From: Cyanophora paradoxa CCMP329
Lineage: Eukaryota; Plantae; Glaucophyta
Length of the DNA: 64,000 bases
Assembly (NCBI GenBank): GCA_004431415.1
Contig: QPMI01000470.1
Span: 310,001 to 374,000, forward strand
Reading direction: 5' to 3'
This document shows positions 57,684 through 64,000 of the stretch, in pieces (position 1 is the stretch's first letter; each line of letters starts with the position of its first letter). The notes under the pieces are model-generated. The model ran no database searches and was not told where the DNA came from. It saw nothing but the letters and a program-made list of their open reading frames with translations. The position numbers were made by a program, and so were the translations under genes.

Positions 57684-57764
57684 CGCTGCGATCAAAATCC
57701 GAGTCGGCGGTTCGAAGTCGGCGGTTCGAATCCGCCGCGCTGACACAGGCTACTTTGCAACAAC

Positions 57765-60422
57765 ATGCTCGGGCCAGCCGCGCCGGCCGCGGATCCCCTC
57801 GGCCTGGGCGTCCCAGCGGCGAGTGTGTCGCGCAAAGATCCTCGGTGCACCAGTTTGACGAGACCGAGCGCGGCGGCGGCCTCCTGACCCGCTTTCGCAG
57901 GGTGCAGGCGTACGAGGATGCTCTGCGCGGTCCGGACGCGAGCTTCGAGCGGATACGCAGCCTTGCGATGCAGGGTGAGCGCCCGCAGTGCTCCCTGGGC
58001 GAATCTGGTTCGAGCGTGCTGTCGTCGCGCTGACTGCCCTCCCCGCCGCAGGCGTGCCCGAGTCCTCGAAGGCGGCGGGCCTGCGAGCCAAGTACTGGAA
58101 GGTGCGGCGCTTCGGACCGCGCCGCGACGCACAGCCGCCGACGTGGACGCTGAGCCGCAGCCGACCGCGCAGATCCTGCTGAAGGTGCTCTCCCCGGACC
58201 CGAGCAAGTGGGCAGAGGAGACGCGGAAGCGGCGGGAGGAGTACAGACGCCTGTGCATGGAGGTCCTCATCGACCCGAGCCGCATTTCGAAGGAGGTCCG
58301 CACGCTTGCTCTGCCGCGGCGGCCGTTCCGGCGCGAACTCAAAACCTGCCCGCTCCCTTGCGCTTCGCAGGCAGCCGAGGACGATCACGTGCGATCAAAT
58401 CCCGCTCCGCCTGCGTCGGTCGCGTGGCCGTCTTTTGATCGCCGCGCAGCCGCTGAGTGACGCGAAGTCCAGCCGCTGGGCCGCCTACTTTCAGGGTACG
58501 CTGCCCGCCTTCCCTCGAAATACCGGATTCAAATCTGATTTCGAATTCGGAATTTCGAATTGCAGACCACGATCTCATAGAGCAGATCCGCCTCGACGTC
58601 ACGCGCACGCACACTGAGCTCAACTTCTTCGCGTACCCGCGTTCCCTCCCCTTCCCAGATATTTTCCGAGTTCACGTACCCCCGAACCCGCAGCTCGGAC
58701 GAGGCGACGCACCAGGAGTCGCTGAAGCGGATCCTGTACCTGTACGCCAAGCAGCACCCCAAGATCAAATACGTCCAGGGTACGACGCTCCCTCTTCCTA
58801 CCCTTTCAACCCCCTTCCCTTGAATTTCCCTACCCCCCCCCCCAGGCATGAACGAGGTGCTCGCACCGCTGTACTACGTTCTCTGCGTGGAGGAGGCGGA
58901 GGACGAGGCGAGGCACCCTACCCCCCAAGCGGATGGCCCCCGGGGGGTAGAGGCCGACGCCTACTTCTGCTTCTCAGCGGTCCTCGCGGACGTCGGGGAC
59001 CGCTTCTCGAAGGCCGTGCGCCCTGTACCCCCCCGCCTTCTCCCGTCGCCTACTAGGGTGCTAAACGGTATTGAGCGGCCCTTAGCGGTGGCCTGTCCGT
59101 GCTTCCGGCTTCTAGGCCTTAGCCTAAGACGCATAGAGCAGCACAGCCGCCGCAGCTGATCTTGCCCGGCCGCTCCCCTGGCTTCTAGGCTCATGTTTAG
59201 AAGCGCTCCGCGTTCGCTAGCCAGCTAGAGACCGCTCCACGCTCCCTGATAGTCTGGGGCGTTCGCCCCCCCCTCCCCCCCCTTCTTCCTCATCATTCCT
59301 TCCCCCCATCTTTCCTCAGATGGACTCGGCGGCGTCGGGGGTGCGGGGCCTGCTGGCGGAGCTGGCGGCCCTCCTCCGCGCCGCCGACTACGACCTCTCC
59401 GCCCACCTCGTGCGTCTCTCCCGAGGGAGGGCAGGAAAGTTGGCGCTCTAGAGCTAGGGCACCCACAACCCCGCCGCCCGCCGGCCCGCCTAAGGGATTC
59501 TAGAGCGACGAGTTGCAGCGATGGGATCCCAAGCGCTCCCGCTGGAGCTCCCCCGCGCCTCTCCCCCCGCCCCTTCGCCCCGTTCCGCTCACAGCGGACG
59601 CGCCGGCGCAGGCCTCGCTGAACGTCGACTTCCACTTCTTCGGGCTCCGCTGGGTCACCCTCCTCCTCTCCCAGGAGTGCGCGTACCCCCCTCGAACTTC
59701 TTTTCCCCCTGCCAGCATCCTCAGTCTTAGAGGGCCGTGCCCGCAGGTTCCCCCTCCCCGACGTGCTCCGCATATGGGTGCGCCCTTCTCCCTCTTTCCT
59801 AGATCGAATCGGGGCCCGAGCCGCCCGCCCCCTTCAGCTTAGCTTTGTTCGCAGGATTCCGTCCTCGCGGACCGCTCCCGCTTCAAGTTCCTCCTCTACG
59901 TCTGCTGCGGCATGCTCATGTGAGCCGCCTCCCCCCCCCGCGCCTCCTCGCAGATCCGAGCCCACTTTGACGTTCCTTGAAAGCTGCGTGCGGGATCGGC
60001 TCCTGGGAGGAGACTTCGCTGTCTGCGTCAAGACCCTCCAGGTCCGGATACCGTACCCTCCCGGCGATCGCGTATCACCGAGCCGCTCTGCCTCGCAGCG
60101 GTACCCGGCGGACACGGACGTCGCTGTGATTCTGAAAGTCGCCTGCGCTGTGCGAGACCGCCTGGAGGGCCGCAAGGGCGAGGCGGTCCTGGGCGGGGGG
60201 CCCGTACCCCCCAACATCCTCCAGCTCCCCCTCTTCGGGGGTACCCCCCCGGCGTCGCCCGCCAAGCCGGCCGTGGCCGAGCCCTTTGGCGGATCCGCGC
60301 CCTCCAGCTCCGCGCCGGGCGCCTCGGGCTCGGGCTCGGCGCCCGCGGCGACAGCTTCATCCAAGGCTAAGGTCACGCTGGACTTCACTGGGACGGGGCG
60401 CGGCCTCGAGCGCTTCGAGTGA
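57765..60422 (+). CDS. TBC1D13: TBC-domain Rab GTPase-activating protein, TBC1D13-like (multi-exon)
   Basis: GLRAKYWK|ILL, IEQIRLDVTRTH (IxxDxxR), RILYLYAK...YVQG|MNEVLAPLYYV (YxQ), EADAYFCF and FFGLRWVTLLLSQE|FPLPDVLRIW|D. Confidence 0.88.
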
Positions 60423-60746
60423 CCTCGCCAGCCCCGCCCGGCGCCGGCGCCGGCGCTGGCTGGCCGGCGCGCGCCGGCCACCGCGTGTGATCGATGTTCT
60501 GTAAGAATCCGTGCTGGCAGCGCCGCTACAGCTACTGGTGGTGTTGCACTGTGGGCCGGCGGGCCGCCGTGCCTCCGGGAGATGAACACGCAGTAGGCCG
60601 ATTAGGTGTGTTGCAAACTAGCCCTAGGACGCGTCAGCACAGGTTCATCTGCCTTGAGCTGCCTTCAGCCGCCAGCTGAGACTTAGCACGAAGTTGGCAG
60701 ACAGTTGAAGGCGGTCAGTGAGCCCCTCGCTCGGCCGCGGGGCACA

Positions 60747-63700
60747 ATGGAAGACCCCGACGCGGACTTCGTCCTGGTCGACGCGCCGGAGCTCGAGCCG
60801 CGCGCGGCGGCTCCTGGCATGAACGACCCCGACTGGGACGACTTCGTGGCCACCTGCCTCATCGGCGGCGCTTCCGCGCCCGCCTCTCTCGGGCCCGTGC
60901 TTCTCGAAGAACCCGGCGCTGACGTCCTCCGCTTCGACGCGGCCTCGCCGCTGCCGCCAGCGGCGGCGCTGGCGATCCCTGGGTGCATTTCTTCTCCTCA
61001 TTGATGTCGTTCGCGCACCCCCTGACATCTGTCTCTCCAGGTTGATCGCGCAGGTGGACACGGCGGCCTCTCAGCGCTCCCCGGATCGCGTTCTCACGCC
61101 GGAGCTCGTCTCTGTTTGCGACCCGACGTCCCCCTCGCGGAAAAGCCCCGCGCTTTCCTCGCCTGGCGCTCCGAAGCCGGCCCCGCCGCTGCCGCCCGGC
61201 ATTCCGCCCACGATCGGCAAGCCGGCGGCTCCTATCGTCATTGGCGCTGCGCCTGCAACCGTTCCCATCACAGTCGTCTTCGGACCCGGCGCCCCGCCCA
61301 CAGCTCCGGCAACAGCGAACGCCAGCAGCGCAGCCGTGCCCGTCACCCCAGCGCCCGTTCCCCCCGCGAACTCCTCGCCTGCTCCGGCGTCCTCGGCTCC
61401 GCCCCCGGCGAAGCGCACGCGCGGCGCACAAGGCCCCGTGAAGAAGGAGCAGCTGGAGGACGCGACGACCGATGACGAAGAACAGTTCGCGGGCATGACC
61501 GACGCCGAGCGCCGGCAGGCGGAGAAGCGCGCCCGCAGGTGTCTTTCCTTGCTTCTTCCTTTCTTTCCTTCGGCGTCGTCCGATGCGCGCGGCGCAGGCT
61601 CGCCAAGAACCGAGAGTCCGCGCACCAGTTCCGGCAGAAGAAGAAGGCGCAGTTCGAGCAGCTGCAGTCCACCGTCGATGTGCGAGCGATGCTGTTCTTC
61701 TTGTTTCTTCTTACGCGAGTGCGCCCCGCGCGCTGCCGGCTCACTTGACCGCGCAGAGCCTGCAGGAAGATAACGCGCGGCTGCGGGTGCGGCCGCGTTC
61801 GCCGCTCGCGCCTCTCTGCGCCGCTCACCGCTCGCTTCGGCAGGAGGAGAACGCGCATCTCCGCTCGGAGAACGCTCGGCTCCGCGCCTCGCTCGCCTCG
61901 GCGGGCGCCGCCGCCCCCGCGTCTCCTGGCTCCCCTACCCCCTCTCTCACCAACTCCTCCGCCGCCTCCTCCTCCGGCCCCCCTACCCCTCCCCAGACCT
62001 CCATACCCGCCCCCGTCCGCCTTCCCTCTACCCGGGCCGCCGGCCTCGCACTCGTGCGCGAAGCCCTTCTACGTACCCCTCCCGCTCGTTCTCTCCAAGC
62101 TGAAGCGTACCCCGCAGATGGTTCTCTTCTCTGTGGGTATCATGTTCAATCTGGGCCCCGTCCCGCTCGGCTCGGGCCCGCTTCTCCCGCACGAAACCTC
62201 CTCGGCCCTCTCAACGGTCATATCGGCCCCGCCGGCCCTCAACCCGGCGACCGGGTCGGCCCTGTGCGTAGTCTTACCCCGTCTGTTCGCCCACGGCTTC
62301 TTTCTCACGCTTCTGCTTCGCTCTGCGTAGGGTCAGGAGAGGTCGCGTCCTTCAGTCCTTCACAGAAAACCAGACGGCGGACCTGGCAACGATAACGAGC
62401 TTAGAGCCCGTCACCGGAGTCACGCCGCGTCACCACAACGAAGGAGGGTACGACGAGACGGGCGTCCAGGCGCGGCCGGAGGGCGGAGTCGCGAGGAGGC
62501 GCGCCGGCGCGGTCGGCGAGAGCGGGCTGCAGGCGCGCGCGGACGGGAGCGTGGCGCCGCAGCACGGCATCGTCAGCGGCGGCGGTGCGGCCGGCGAGAG
62601 CGGGCTGCAGGCGCGCGCGGACGGGAGCGTGGCGCCGCAGCACGGCATCGTCAGCGGCGGCGCGGCCGGCGAGAGCGGGCTGCAGGCGCGCGCGGACGGG
62701 AGCGTGGCGCCGCAGCACGGCATCGTCAGCGGCGGCGCGGCCGGCAAGAGCGGGCTGCAGGCGCGCGCGGACGGGAGCGTGGCCCCGCAGCACGGCATCG
62801 TCAGCGGCGGCGCGGCCGGCGAGAGCGGGCTGCAGGCGCGCGCGGACGGGAGCGTGGCGCCGCAACACGGCATCGTCAGCGGCGGCGCGGCCGGCGAGAG
62901 CGGGCTGCAGGCGCGCGCGGACGGGAGCGTGGCGCCGCAACACGGCATCGTCAGCGGCAGCGGCGCGGCCGGCGAGAGCGGGCTGCAGGCGCGCGCGGAC
63001 GGGAGCGTGGCGCCGCAACACGGCATCGTCAGCGGCAGCGGCGCGGCCGGCGAGAGCGGGCTGCAGGCGCGCGCGGACGGGAGCGTGGCGCCGCAGCACG
63101 GCATCGTCAGCGGCGGCGCGGCCGGCGAGAGCGGGCTGCAGGCGCGCGCGGACGGGAGCGTGGCCCCGCAGCACGGCATCGTCAGCGGCAGCGGCGCGGC
63201 CGGCGAGAGCGGGCTGCAGGCGCGCGCGGACGGGAGCGTGGCGCCGCAGCAAGGCATCGTCAGCGGCAGCGGCGCGGCCGGCGAGAGCGGGCTGCAGGCG
63301 CGCGCGGACGGGAGTGTGGCGCCGCAGCACGGCATCGTCAGCGGCAGCGGCGCGGCCGGCGAGAGCGGGCTGCAGGCGCGTGCGGACGGGAGCGTGGCGC
63401 CGCAGCACGGCATCGTCAGCGGCAGCGGCGCGGCCGGCGAGAGCGGGCTGCAGGCGCGCGGCGACGGGAGCGTGGCGCCGCAGCACGGCATCGTCAGCGG
63501 CAGCGGCGCGGCCGGCGAGAGCGGGCTGCAGGCGCGCGCGGACGGGAGCGTGGCGCCGCAGCACGGCATCGTCAGCGGCAGCGGCGCGGCCGGCGAGAGC
63601 GGGCTGCAGGCGCGCGCGGACGGGAGCGTGGCCCCGCAGCACGGCATCGTCAGCGGCGGCGCGGCCGGCGAGAGCGGGCTGCAGGCGCGCGCGGACGGGA

Positions 63701-64000
63701 GCGTGGCGCCGCAACACGGCATCGTCAGCGGCAGCGGCGTGGCCAGCGAGAGCGGGCTGCAGCCACGCGCGGACGGGAGCGTGGCGCCGCAGCACGGGCT
63801 CGTCTCCGAGGCCCCTGCGTCGTCCGAGCCCGAGAAGGCGCTGGATCGAATTCTTGGCGTCGTGGCTCCCGTCGAGAACGAGGACGACGGCGCCGGCGCG
63901 TCGGCCCTCCCCGGGGGCGATGCCGATGGCCTCCCCCGCCTCTCCAACTCCTCGTCCTCCTCCGCCTCGCCGCCCTTGCCCCTGGTCTCCGAGCGGGGCC
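60747..64000 (+). CDS. Membrane-tethered bZIP transcription factor (ATF6/bZIP17/28-like); 3' end beyond the window
   Basis: EKRARR|LAKNRESAHQFRQKKKAQFEQLQ...LQEDNARLR|EENAHLRSENARLR, then hydrophobic AL|MVLFSVGIMFNLG, then RRGRVLQS. The + frame stays open through the repeat array. Confidence 0.85.
62515..63797 (+). repeat. Coding tandem repeat, 75/78-bp unit, 17 copies (GESGLQARADGSVAPQHGIVSG[S]GAA)
   Basis: ggcgagagcgggctgcag recurs every 75 or 78 bp from 62515 to 63745, and the copies are nearly identical. Confidence 0.95.

Noticed and set aside
62401-63947. Long minus-strand repeat ORFs (464 and 505 aa)
   Set aside because: They are shadows of a stop-free GC-rich repeat. The + frame is continuous with the bZIP gene.

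Overview
This is eukaryotic (protist/algal-type) genomic DNA: GC-rich, gene-dense, with many short spliceosomal introns, a conspicuous share of them GC-AG. The main feature is a compact endogenous Polinton-like virus at 19034-30630 (about 11.6 kb). It has ~433-bp terminal inverted repeats and a GTTGCA target-site duplication. It encodes a protein-primed PolB, an rve integrase with a D-D-D triad, an A32-like packaging ATPase, a major capsid protein that reads like the giant-virus (Nucleocytoviricota) type, a 'DSRDR' penton-like protein, an HNH-AP2 endonuclease and small DNA-binding proteins. I see no adenain protease. A nested palindromic repeat block lies just inside the left TIR. All four of its frameshifts are repaired by adding one base (three in clear homopolymer runs), so the virus may be intact. 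It sits inside a coding exon of a very large host cell-surface protein gene (CUB and Ig-like domains, ~17 symmetric Cys-rich microexons, ~180 SPSPTA repeats); the two exon halves rejoin in frame. The left edge carries an intron-containing tyrosine recombinase gene (Crypton-like) next to a duplicated inverted-repeat module. The right half holds an NDH-2 pseudogene and housekeeping genes: SCO1, WW-less PIN1, RCC2, fructosamine kinase, an AT-hook protein, a TBC1D13-like RabGAP and a membrane-tethered bZIP with a repeat-expanded tail. Several of these are head-to-head pairs about 80 bp apart. All protein calls come from motif recognition by eye; no database was searched.
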